Virus record (IMG/VR): IMGVR_UViG_3300042923_000857
Span: 1-55,722 of that record
Reading direction: 5' to 3' (one strand)
DNA: 55,722 nucleotides
From: a virus
Taxonomy: Duplodnaviria; Caudoviricetes
Part shown: positions 17,416 to 26,475 of the stretch, in pieces
How positions within the stretch are numbered: the first letter of the stretch is position 1
How the letters are laid out: each line of letters begins with the position of its first letter
Notes under the pieces: model-generated
Seen by the model: only the letters and a program-made list of their open reading frames with translations
The model's database searches: none
What the model was told of the DNA's origin: nothing
Translations under genes and position numbers: made by a program

Positions 17416-17769
17416 CTACCTCTCAATGAAATTTACTTTTACATCTTTATAGCGCAACACGCCATTAATGTAATCCATAACCGGCGTTGTCCTGGCTCCT
17501 TTGTAAAACGTTCCCGTTCTCAGCTGATTTTCAACTGGATCTATATAAGTAACGCTGAAGAATGTCGGTTTGATAGTTGTAAGAATTAGCGATAACTGAT
17601 CCGGCATAAGAAATATCCAAGTGGTTTCTATTTTAGCTTTAGTGGTAATAATCTCGCCGATCATCGTCCCTCTTGCATTCCGTTCCCACTTGCCTATATC
17701 TTCTTGACTCGGAACCAATGACGAAGGGGGCGGCATTTCAATCTCGTTTATGATCAATAGATGATCCAA
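17416..17769 (-). CDS. Distal tail (Dit-like) protein
   Basis: Directly after the TMP; RNARGTM...VNFIER. Confidence 0.65.
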   Translation of the reverse strand: MDHLLIINEIEMPPPSSLVPSQEDIGKWERNARGTMIGEIITTKAKIETTWIFLMPDQLSLILTTIKPTFFSVTYIDPVENQLRTGTFYKGARTTPVMDYINGVLRYKDVKVNFIER

Positions 17770-17780
17770 TCCGACCCCTC

Positions 17781-20135
17781 CTATGTCGTTTTCAACATTG
17801 AACCGCCGATCCGAGTACTCTCTTTTGCATTGTAAGCATTCATAATACGTGCAAATGTAATGCCGTCTATTTGCAGAACGATGTCTCCTTGCGATCGTTG
17901 GTTCTGGTTGCCCCCCGATTGAGCCACGAGCACCGCGGATTGGATCATCGCATTTAAGTCGGACAACGGTGACACTACTTCTTCACCGCCTGGATTGTCC
18001 CCGATCATGGCAAGCATGGGTCCACTTGTTATGCCGCCTTTTGCAAGGGCTGGTATACTCGGAATATTCGGCATTCCAATGCTGAATCCACCAACTTTCC
18101 CAACCAGAGGAATGTCAACAGTCGGTACTTTAATTTCGATCCCGTTCACTTTGCTGATAAACCCATTTATCGAATGAATAACTGTGTTGATGGTGTCTTT
18201 AATTCCATTTGCAATAGAGTCCCAGATGTTACGTGTAGAGGTTTTAATGTCCTCCCAGACATTTACGATAGCTGTTTTCATTCCGCTAAAATCGATGCTT
18301 ACAATCGCATCCCATTTCTCGCCGATAAACGTTTTGAGCGCACTTAACTTTTCGCCCGTTTCCGTCTTAAGATCGTTCCACGTATTTATAATTGCGGTCT
18401 TCATTCTCCCTGCCGCTTTGCCTACTGCATCCCATGCCAAGGTGAACTTATCCTTTAGATAATTTCCGAAGGGAACCAATGTTTCATTCCATATCTTCTT
18501 GAGCGCTTCACCTAGCGGAATCAGTGTGTTCGTTTTTAACGAGTCAATTTTTCCTTTGAGAAGAGACCATGTTTCAATGAAAACATTACCTAGCCACGCG
18601 CCGAAAGGTTTAAGCACATCTTCCCAAAGCTTTTTGCCAGATTCTTTAACGGCGTTCCAAGCAGCAACGAACTTCTCGCCTAGGAATTTTCCGAACGGAA
18701 CCATCACATCGGTCCAAAGCCACTTAAATGCATTTCCGATTGGTATCGTGACATTATTCCAAACCCAAGCCATGGCGTCTCCCACGCCACCCCAGAAACC
18801 AATATAGTAGTCCTTTAACCACTTGCCGAATGGTTCCAAGACCTCTCGCCAAAGCCATAGCTCAGCGTTTCCAAGCGGTATCGTTATGTTCTTCCAAATC
18901 CATTCGAGGGTGTCTCCGAGTATCCCCCAATTCCGCTTATACTCGCCGCCCAACCATTGAGAAAAAGGGCGCATGTCATCCCAGAGGTCATTGACCGCTT
19001 TCTTGATTTTTTCGTATGTTTCCCTGACTTTTTCGGCTGCTTCTCTAACTTTCGCGGATATTTCTTGGGTTTTAGCTCCCACTTCATTTAGTCCGTCCAT
19101 ACCACCCGTGTCAAAAGAAGGTAAGGCTGGAGCAGAACCCCCACCAACTCCGTCGCCCGAGGATTCCGCTAAGTTATTTACCTCGTCAAATCCAGCTACA
19201 CTCCGCGAGGCTGCTTTACCTGCTTTTGTATAAGCGTCGCCTAAATCACCAATCGCTCCGGTTTGCAATGCTGTAGACGATGCTTGTTTCTTCATTTCAT
19301 AGCCGAATAAGACTGAAGTAAATTGCGCAACTATAACCATCACCCTTGAGAGTGATTCGGCTAGGCGAGTGAGGGACGGCAAAACAGAATTAATGATTGG
19401 AAGGAAGGCTTCACCTAAACTGAGCTTTACGTTTTTCAACTGAGCTGTAAATGCCCCTAGCTTTGAGGCTGTATTGTCCGCAATTGTATCGCCGTACTTA
19501 AATGTGGTTTGTTCTAATATCCCGAACAACCGAATCTGTTGCTGTACTTGGAAGCTAAGCTGATCCCACGATTTGCCGTTGGCGAATCTTCTGAACGCAT
19601 CCGTGGATTCCAGCATCGCGACGTTGACGTTTACGCCTAAATCCTCGATTGCTTCCGTATTTCCGAGCATACCAGAACGGATCCGGAACATAACGTCTTC
19701 CATGTCTCGACCAGTTGCGCCGGATATTATTGCAGATGCTTTAAGCAAAGCCTGGGTTTGCAACATTGCCGTTTTCGTATCTTTCGTGAATGTGCTGATC
19801 AAGTTGGCATAGATGGCGCCGTAACGCACTGCTTCACTTCGGGACATATTGAATGCTATTGCACTCTCGTTTGCCCACTTTTCAAACTCCTGACCACTGG
19901 AACCAAGCATTCTATTAACTTGCTGTAAGGCAGCCTCGAACTTTATTGCATCGTCGGCGGCCTGCTTGATTCCAACGCCAGCTGAAAGGCCAGCCAGAGC
20001 CACGCCAACCAGTCTCATCGATCTTGTAATACCTATTTGAAATTTATCAACGGCGTCCGTTGCTCTCGCCATCTCTCTTCGCATAGCTGAAAAGTCAGCC
20101 CCGGCCCTGACCATTAGATTCCTTACTACGCCCAT
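17781..20135 (-). CDS. Tape measure protein
   Basis: 784 aa, helical, with periodic W/F repeats (WxxVxxPxG); follows the chaperones. Confidence 0.9.
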   Translation of the reverse strand: MGVVRNLMVRAGADFSAMRREMARATDAVDKFQIGITRSMRLVGVALAGLSAGVGIKQAADDAIKFEAALQQVNRMLGSSGQEFEKWANESAIAFNMSRSEAVRYGAIYANLISTFTKDTKTAMLQTQALLKASAIISGATGRDMEDVMFRIRSGMLGNTEAIEDLGVNVNVAMLESTDAFRRFANGKSWDQLSFQVQQQIRLFGILEQTTFKYGDTIADNTASKLGAFTAQLKNVKLSLGEAFLPIINSVLPSLTRLAESLSRVMVIVAQFTSVLFGYEMKKQASSTALQTGAIGDLGDAYTKAGKAASRSVAGFDEVNNLAESSGDGVGGGSAPALPSFDTGGMDGLNEVGAKTQEISAKVREAAEKVRETYEKIKKAVNDLWDDMRPFSQWLGGEYKRNWGILGDTLEWIWKNITIPLGNAELWLWREVLEPFGKWLKDYYIGFWGGVGDAMAWVWNNVTIPIGNAFKWLWTDVMVPFGKFLGEKFVAAWNAVKESGKKLWEDVLKPFGAWLGNVFIETWSLLKGKIDSLKTNTLIPLGEALKKIWNETLVPFGNYLKDKFTLAWDAVGKAAGRMKTAIINTWNDLKTETGEKLSALKTFIGEKWDAIVSIDFSGMKTAIVNVWEDIKTSTRNIWDSIANGIKDTINTVIHSINGFISKVNGIEIKVPTVDIPLVGKVGGFSIGMPNIPSIPALAKGGITSGPMLAMIGDNPGGEEVVSPLSDLNAMIQSAVLVAQSGGNQNQRSQGDIVLQIDGITFARIMNAYNAKESTRIGGSMLKTT

Positions 20136-20150
20136 ATCGTCTCTCCTTTC

Positions 20151-20501
20151 CTAGTAAGTCGTCCCGCCGAACTTCGCATTCAGCTCGATCATTTTTGACC
20201 ACATATCCTCTGGCGTTTGCTCCTTGGATTGCGGTTCGTCTTCTAACAATTTCTTTAGGTCTGGCATTTTTTTAACGCGACCCAACTTCGCAGTCAAATA
20301 AGCCATGGTCATCTGCTGATTTTGCAGCAGGCGTTCGCGTTCAATGTGAGCGTGGATATGAAGTACAAGCTCGTGTGGAGTCATCTCGTCATAATCCTTA
20401 ATCGATATGCCTATCCCGATCGCGGACTTTAACGACTCCTGCCAGTCCCACGGCTTTGATTCGGCTAATTCCCCGGCTTCCCCGCCGGCTGTCCGTTTCC
20501 C
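20151..20501 (-). CDS. Frameshift extension of the tail assembly chaperone (gpGT-like)
   Basis: The -1 frame is open from slippery G GGA AAC (20501-20495) into ...DYDEMTPHEL... Confidence 0.8.
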   Translation of the reverse strand, partial: GKRTAGGEAGELAESKPWDWQESLKSAIGIGISIKDYDEMTPHELVLHIHAHIERERLLQNQQMTMAYLTAKLGRVKKMPDLKKLLEDEPQSKEQTPEDMWSKMIELNAKFGGTTY

Positions 20502-20806
20502 GAGAATCCTCCCATTGCCTTCTGCATGGCCTCATTTATTTTCGAAATGAGATACCCCATGCTTGGCGCACAATCAAGGATGTCCTCCATTTGATCCATA
20601 GTTAGGGTTTCGTTGTTGGCGATAGCGTCGCGTTGCAGGCCAAAGAAATAGATTTCTTCTATTTGAGCGGCATCGAATTCTTCGTCCCCCAACTGATCCA
20701 GATCCTTGCCGGAACTTGACGCGAATCGCTTAAGTGCTTTATGTCCAAACCGCAGTTCGCGCGGTCTGTCGAGATTCACAATAACTACATCGTTGTTGTC
20801 GCTCAT
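20465..20806 (-). CDS. Tail assembly chaperone (gpG-like)
   Basis: Between the major tail gene and TMP; slippery site near the 3' end. Confidence 0.8.
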   Translation of the reverse strand: MSDNNDVVIVNLDRPRELRFGHKALKRFASSSGKDLDQLGDEEFDAAQIEEIYFFGLQRDAIANNETLTMDQMEDILDCAPSMGYLISKINEAMQKAMGGFSGNGQPAGKPGN

Positions 20807-20869
20807 GATTCTTTCCTCCAATGGAAATAGACCGGAGCAACAGCCCCGGCCTTTTGGTTTTTTGATTCC

Positions 20870-21574
20870 TTACGCGGTTTTAATCACGACAACTTCATAA
20901 ACCTTTTGCGCCTTGCCGATTTCGTTCGCAAGAATGGTTAGCTTCTTACCAACGTTAATCGCCAATGGTATTGCCGCCGATGGGCTTCCCGAAACAAGAT
21001 CCTGAGAATATACACCGTCGACGTAGAGTCTCAACGAATGTGAAGCGGCTGTGGCCGTCACAGTAACGCTTGTGGCGGTAACTCCCCCGAAGCTGTAGCT
21101 TCTGTTACTGGTTGAGAAGGCAGGAGAGATAGCACCACCTGCACCCGTAAGTGCCAAGGCAGAGAGTCCCGCACTCTGCGTAATACCCAGCGACGGCGAG
21201 CCCGACACCTTGATAGTTCCCTCGAAGGAAACCGTATCTTCGAGTTCGGAACCTGTTGAGAATCCTGTAACAACGCCGTTAAAAGTCCATGATCCGCCTG
21301 CGGGGTAAACGATCGTGTATGAGTCGGTTGTTCCCGCTTGGAAGGCGGCGTACATGGCCATTTGACCGTTTGTGTCTTGCACATTGAAATGGCCCGATAA
21401 GCTGACCTCGCCGCCGTCCTTAAATCCGCCTATAAACTCGCGATACCCACCCGAGCTTGAAAGGTTCGTGACGTCTATTGTCTCGGCAGACAATTCGGGT
21501 CCACCGATTGAAGTAAGCTCCGCGATGGAGTTGGCGCCGATTTGAATATAAGTGCCTAACGCTCTTTGTGCCAC
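20870..21574 (-). CDS. Major tail tube protein with C-terminal Ig/cadherin-like domain
   Basis: ETIDVTNL...YREFIGGFKDGGEVS motif. Confidence 0.88.
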   Translation of the reverse strand: MAQRALGTYIQIGANSIAELTSIGGPELSAETIDVTNLSSSGGYREFIGGFKDGGEVSLSGHFNVQDTNGQMAMYAAFQAGTTDSYTIVYPAGGSWTFNGVVTGFSTGSELEDTVSFEGTIKVSGSPSLGITQSAGLSALALTGAGGAISPAFSTSNRSYSFGGVTATSVTVTATAASHSLRLYVDGVYSQDLVSGSPSAAIPLAINVGKKLTILANEIGKAQKVYEVVVIKTA

Positions 21575-21589
21575 TCGCTAATTCCTCCC

Positions 21590-21967
21590 CTACAAATAGG
21601 CTTTGAAATTAATAATGCATCGTTCCAATTTCGTAATGCTTTCGTACAACTCAACCGGTTCCTCGTATGTGATTTCTCTGATGTATGGCCCGTCCGTTCC
21701 GATTGAGCGAAACTGAAAACTTCTTAGAACCTCGGTGATGAGAGGGGTTATAGCTTTCAGGCTCGCGTACGTCTTCGTAATCAGATTAAGCTCCACGCTC
21801 ACCGTCTTGGTGTCCCGATAGCCTCCCAAGTCCTTATCCGGCATGCCGTCGCCTGAAATATAAACCAGATACGGCGCTTCTTTCCCCGGGGCGGCAAGCG
21901 GAAACACTTTTCCAGCGAGCGGGGGGATGGTTTCGAACTCCGCCGTCATCGCTTGTTCGAAATTCAT
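21590..21967 (-). CDS. Tail terminator/completion protein
   Basis: VFP..AP...PYLVY pattern; synteny. Confidence 0.7.
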   Translation of the reverse strand: MNFEQAMTAEFETIPPLAGKVFPLAAPGKEAPYLVYISGDGMPDKDLGGYRDTKTVSVELNLITKTYASLKAITPLITEVLRSFQFRSIGTDGPYIREITYEEPVELYESITKLERCIINFKAYL

Positions 21968-21973
21968 AACCCA

Positions 21974-22420
21974 TCACCTCTCGTTCCACGCCTTATCGAC
22001 TTCTTTAAGGGCAATCTCGACAACTCTTTCTTCAATAGCTCTTCGATTTTCGTCGATCGAATCCCGAAGATAATGAGCGCCAGGGTGGAAACCGCCGTTT
22101 GCGAGCATATAACCATATTCCTGAGAGGCGGGATAGTACGATCGCTTGCCCTCTTCGGATACCTTCACGAAAATATGATTCTTTGCAGGATCCAACATAA
22201 TCCCGTACATTTTTTTGCCGGGTTTGGAACGACGCTCGCCTTTGAGGATGATTCCCTTCCTGAGTTCGCCCGTGTCCTCCGGCGCTTTTAGCTTGGCGGA
22301 CTTATACGCGATCGTCGCGCCAGCTCGAGCCGCACGGTTCGCAACCTTTTGCGGAACTTTGCCGAGGCGCCTCATTGCCCTAACGAGTTCCCTGACACCC
22401 TGTACATCAATTCGAGCCAC
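21974..22420 (-). CDS. HK97 gp10-like neck protein
   Basis: APEDTGELRKGI, QEYG motifs. Confidence 0.8.
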   Translation of the reverse strand: MARIDVQGVRELVRAMRRLGKVPQKVANRAARAGATIAYKSAKLKAPEDTGELRKGIILKGERRSKPGKKMYGIMLDPAKNHIFVKVSEEGKRSYYPASQEYGYMLANGGFHPGAHYLRDSIDENRRAIEERVVEIALKEVDKAWNER

Positions 22421-22423
22421 ATA

Positions 22424-22732
22424 TCATCCCTCCATTGGAAACCGAGAGCAGATAAGCTCGAGCCGTTCGCCATTTTTGGAGAAGGTACGAATGATCTGGT
22501 AGACGGTGCCCTCATTCACCAACTTTGGCTCGTCGCGGTACTCAATCGATTGAACCTCGAAAACAATCTCAGGCTTGATTCCAACGGCTGCCGCTTGGTA
22601 GAACTCCGTCTGTCTGACTGACTTCTTGTTCGCAATGACTTCCCGCGGATCACTATCGGCGTCCGTCTCTTCGCCGTATGCATCGCGCGACTTGGTGACT
22701 GCTATCAGACCAACCACATCCCGCCACAGCAT
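22424..22732 (-). CDS. Head closure (head-tail adaptor) protein
   Basis: KSVRQTEFYQAAAVGIKPE motif. Confidence 0.8.
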   Translation of the reverse strand: MLWRDVVGLIAVTKSRDAYGEETDADSDPREVIANKKSVRQTEFYQAAAVGIKPEIVFEVQSIEYRDEPKLVNEGTVYQIIRTFSKNGERLELICSRFPMEG

Positions 22733-23025
22733 CAGGCGCCACCTTCCGTGTATTCCTGCGACAACGTAAGGTGGGCTTTTAGCGAGTCATACGATTTTTG
22801 GAACTTCTCAGCATCCGGATTGTCTAATCCGAAATTAGCCTTAACGTAAGAAGACACGGCCCGCTTGATTAACGGGTCCGTGTCATCTACCGCTTTCGCC
22901 GCCAGAACACCGGCTAATATTAAGTCGTTCTGAGCTGCTGCTATAAGATCCTCGATCTCGGTATCAAACGCCGTAGTTGAGGCGCTTATCCGAAGCAATC
23001 CCTTCATGTCTGAAGTTAAGGACAT
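22732..23025 (-). CDS. Head-tail connector (gp6-like)
   Basis: LLRIS...FDTEIEDLIAAA...YVKANFG. Confidence 0.82.
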   Translation of the reverse strand: MSLTSDMKGLLRISASTTAFDTEIEDLIAAAQNDLILAGVLAAKAVDDTDPLIKRAVSSYVKANFGLDNPDAEKFQKSYDSLKAHLTLSQEYTEGGA

Positions 23026-23034
23026 TTGCCACCC

Positions 23035-23355
23035 CTACTGGCCGCCGCCTTTACGAAAGTCGATTTCCGCAAGTCGCTTCAGGGCCTCTGGTTTTCCCCG
23101 GACCTTCTCACCGTTCGGAAGCTCGTAATAACCTCCGCCAACATGCTTAAGATCGGTGTCCAGGTCGTCGTCCGAATCATCATGATCCGGATCAGCGAGT
23201 GGAGCGACCTCAGTCGCCCCCTCAACATATCCTTCGTCGTTAAGAAACTGAATGCGTTCCTCATCAGACACATACTCGCTACCAACACGATAAAATTGAC
23301 CCGTCACTTTACATTGAAACTCCACGACTACTGCGCCTGTAAATTGTTTTATCAT
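23035..23355 (-). CDS. Small head-associated hypothetical protein
   Basis: Directly after the MCP; KHVGGGYYELPNGEKVRGK motif. Confidence 0.55.
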   Translation of the reverse strand: MIKQFTGAVVVEFQCKVTGQFYRVGSEYVSDEERIQFLNDEGYVEGATEVAPLADPDHDDSDDDLDTDLKHVGGGYYELPNGEKVRGKPEALKRLAEIDFRKGGGQ

Positions 23356-23358
23356 AGA

Positions 23359-24588
23359 TTACACCGCCGCGACTTTCTTCACGCGTAGGAACCCGTTAGC
23401 CGAAGCAACATTGCCGCCAACAAACACAGCGCTACGGTGAGCAATCATACCCTGTTTGAATTTGTAATCAGTCGAACGTTGAACGTCAATGTCAGAGAAT
23501 ACAGTGAGCAAGTAATTGGATAGTGGCCCGTACGCCATAGCAAATGATCCAACCGTTGTCGCAGCGACGCTCACCGGCTTACACGCGCTGTTGATGATAA
23601 AAGGAACAGTATCAATTGTTCCGGTGTTGCCGTTCGTTACAATGGTGTGGAATTTTTTTCCGTCAGTTGTACGCAATTTTGCAAATGCCCTAAGATCCTT
23701 TTTATTAAGAATCAGAACGGCGGCATCTTCGACATCCTCATCCCCGCCGAAGCCAAACACAATTTCTTCGAGAGTGTTGTTGTCGATTGCAGAAATACCA
23801 ACATCTGTCGCTGCGTCAATCGCAGTAGCGGCGGCTGAGAAAATACCCGCCAAGTGATTAGTCGTACCGTCACCGATCAAGATTTCACGAGTGATTTTTT
23901 TACGAGAAGCAACAGTGATACCTTTCATTACTTCTGCATCGTAATCAACGGCCGGGAGTTTTTGGAGCTCTTCGGAATCTTCGGCATACGCAGTAACCTT
24001 CGATTTATTGATGGCTACCGAATCGAATACTGGTTCGGCAGTTGTGTAATCGACACCTTCTGCCGTGTAGTCACCGGTACCATAACTTTTAAGGTATGGC
24101 TGACGGTAGCTTTCGCCTCCAATGAGTGGCTTAGTTGTCACTCGGTCGATAAGGCTGGAGACTTGGTTAAATGTCGGACGGATATCGTTCGCATCGTGAC
24201 GAGGCAAAATAACGCCGGTTGATGCAACCGTGACGGAACGATTCTCTTTAAGCGCCTCACCGCGTTTTTTACGAACTTCTTTGTCGGCGGCTTTAGGATC
24301 AATGACCGGTTGTACATCTAACGGAGCACCGACTTGGCGAGCTTCCGGAGGAGGATTTCCAACGTTAATAGATGCCGCAGCTGCTTTCCGTTGCTCGATC
24401 TTTGACTTTTCTTCATCAAGCGCACGAACCTCAGCCGTCAGCGCATCGAGATCCACTTCTCCATTGCCTTCTAACAATGTGCGGATAGCGGATTTACGCG
24501 CCTCGATTTCTGCCAAACGCACTTCAGGTGTTGCGGAGAATGTTTGCAATTCCATCTTCATAAATGCTTTTTTGATGAATTTACCCAT
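23359..24588 (-). CDS. HK97-fold major capsid protein
   Basis: Coiled-coil delta domain plus capsid-type sequence; follows the protease. Confidence 0.9.
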   Translation of the reverse strand: MGKFIKKAFMKMELQTFSATPEVRLAEIEARKSAIRTLLEGNGEVDLDALTAEVRALDEEKSKIEQRKAAAASINVGNPPPEARQVGAPLDVQPVIDPKAADKEVRKKRGEALKENRSVTVASTGVILPRHDANDIRPTFNQVSSLIDRVTTKPLIGGESYRQPYLKSYGTGDYTAEGVDYTTAEPVFDSVAINKSKVTAYAEDSEELQKLPAVDYDAEVMKGITVASRKKITREILIGDGTTNHLAGIFSAAATAIDAATDVGISAIDNNTLEEIVFGFGGDEDVEDAAVLILNKKDLRAFAKLRTTDGKKFHTIVTNGNTGTIDTVPFIINSACKPVSVAATTVGSFAMAYGPLSNYLLTVFSDIDVQRSTDYKFKQGMIAHRSAVFVGGNVASANGFLRVKKVAAV

Positions 24589-24613
24589 GGTTCTTCATTC
24601 CTCCAATAATGTT

Positions 24614-25222
24614 TTATAGGTACATCTGTAATATCAATTTCTTCCGCTGTTCAGCAGCCACCGCCGCTTGTTCCTTCTCTCTCTCCAGTTCGAAGTAAGA
24701 ACGGGCCGAAATTGACGTTGTATCATAGGCCGGAATATCCACAGCCGAGACATCATAGAGCTTCTTGACTTTGCGCACGGTTCGAATACGATTCTCAGAA
24801 TCATAAGCGGACTCACTGGCCGTAAAAGCGAAACTCATACGGTCGATGTATCCGCCATTGATTTCCTCGTAAATCTTCCGCCCTTCTTCGGTGCCATCCA
24901 GCCGCGCACGAATGAACAATCCTTTTTTATCCGTGGACAACTGCAAGGTTTTATTTCTGGTCCGGGCCATAACCTTGCCAGCGTGATTATAATTAAAAAT
25001 CACATCTGACATATCCGCCTCGTCGAAGGCCCGGTCATCAATTTGTTCTTTATATTCGATACCATCGTACTCCCAAAGCACAGTAGGTTCGTTGAAGGTT
25101 ACTGCATATCCCTCGGCGTATAATTCTTCCTGTCCGGCATCGTTCAGGGCTGTTCTGATTTCAAACGGAAACTCTCTGAACTCGCGATCTTTACGCTTCG
25201 GTTCTTCAGCTTTCAATGTCAT
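24614..25222 (-). CDS. HK97-type prohead protease
   Basis: EGYAVTFN, FNYNH, MSFAF and LYDVSAVDIPAY motifs. Confidence 0.92.
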   Translation of the reverse strand: MTLKAEEPKRKDREFREFPFEIRTALNDAGQEELYAEGYAVTFNEPTVLWEYDGIEYKEQIDDRAFDEADMSDVIFNYNHAGKVMARTRNKTLQLSTDKKGLFIRARLDGTEEGRKIYEEINGGYIDRMSFAFTASESAYDSENRIRTVRKVKKLYDVSAVDIPAYDTTSISARSYFELEREKEQAAVAAEQRKKLILQMYL

Positions 25223-26462
25223 CTTCGTTCTCGGCCTCCTTTTCTGGCGGATCGTCCGGTTCATCCGGCGCTGGGTCTGTCTTGCCTAATTGATATTCAT
25301 TGGCCTTGTCAGCCTGTATATAGTTAAGAGAAACGATATACTTTTCTCCATCGGGTACCGGACCCATGTTAAAAATCTCCCGGCCCTCGTTTCGATTCAT
25401 TAAGCCGCGATCTACGAGCTTTTCTATAACGGCCAACTTTGTCGTAACACTCGCATATTGCAGCCGGTTAGCTTCGAAAATGATCTCGGCTCCGTGATTT
25501 CTCTCCCCAACAGAAAAAAGCTTGGAAGTGAATTCCAAACTCAGTTGTAAACCTATGGGTTCAATCACTGATTCATAAAAAGCGTTCCATTCGTTCTCGT
25601 TATACATAGACATTACGATCTTTTCGTTGACGTTGAAGAATTTATAAACCTTTTGCTCAATCAACGCCATCTGTTTAGCATCGACTATTTTTGGCTCGTT
25701 CGGCGTGGGGATAAACTCGAACTTGCCATCAGTTGCGCCAACGCCTCCGTTATTATCTGTGCCTAAGTATTCAGAAACGAATTTATCCCTTGCGGCTGCC
25801 ATATCCGCATCCTTTAGCATGGATGTAAATTTCAAAATACCTCTAAGGAACGCCGAAGACTTAATTGCATTGATGATACCCTGATTCGTTGTGTTGATTA
25901 GTTCGAGCGTTGGAAGCAAGGCGACATCGTTGCTTTCTCCGAACATATCCCCCTCGTTGAAGTAACGGCGCAGGTGGATAATTTGGCTATAAGGTTGTGT
26001 CAATGTCCTTCCATTTGAAAACCTGAATTTCAGGTATGTTTCATCTTTGTATTCCCAAGTTTCAACAGTCGAAGGAGTGAGCGGGTAGAACCCCGTAATA
26101 CCCATGCTATCGGACTGAATCAAGATGAAAGCATTGCTTCTCATAAACAATTGCGTGACCACTTTGTAATAAAAGTCATACGCATTCATATGAGGGTTAG
26201 GTCGAACAGACAATTTCTTTTCAAGCATACTATGCTGCAGTTTGATATTCCCATCCGTTCGGCGGATATGCCTCGGCTTCAATTTGGCCGCATTGGTTGC
26301 AATGGCATGGATCGTCGATCTCACAACATCGCTCGCATATGCATTATTACCAAAGGCACTGAATGTTGGGCTCCATCCATTCATAACCTGCATTCTAGTC
26401 ATGCCCGTCGGAGTTTGATCCTTACTACCAAACCACTTCTGCCAGATGCTCCGTTTTTGCAA
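25206..26462 (-). CDS. HK97-family portal protein
   Basis: RPNPHMNAYDF, IIHLR, NEGRE motifs. Confidence 0.92.
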   Translation of the reverse strand: MQKRSIWQKWFGSKDQTPTGMTRMQVMNGWSPTFSAFGNNAYASDVVRSTIHAIATNAAKLKPRHIRRTDGNIKLQHSMLEKKLSVRPNPHMNAYDFYYKVVTQLFMRSNAFILIQSDSMGITGFYPLTPSTVETWEYKDETYLKFRFSNGRTLTQPYSQIIHLRRYFNEGDMFGESNDVALLPTLELINTTNQGIINAIKSSAFLRGILKFTSMLKDADMAAARDKFVSEYLGTDNNGGVGATDGKFEFIPTPNEPKIVDAKQMALIEQKVYKFFNVNEKIVMSMYNENEWNAFYESVIEPIGLQLSLEFTSKLFSVGERNHGAEIIFEANRLQYASVTTKLAVIEKLVDRGLMNRNEGREIFNMGPVPDGEKYIVSLNYIQADKANEYQLGKTDPAPDEPDDPPEKEAENEDDIES

Positions 26463-26475
26463 TTTATCACCCCCT

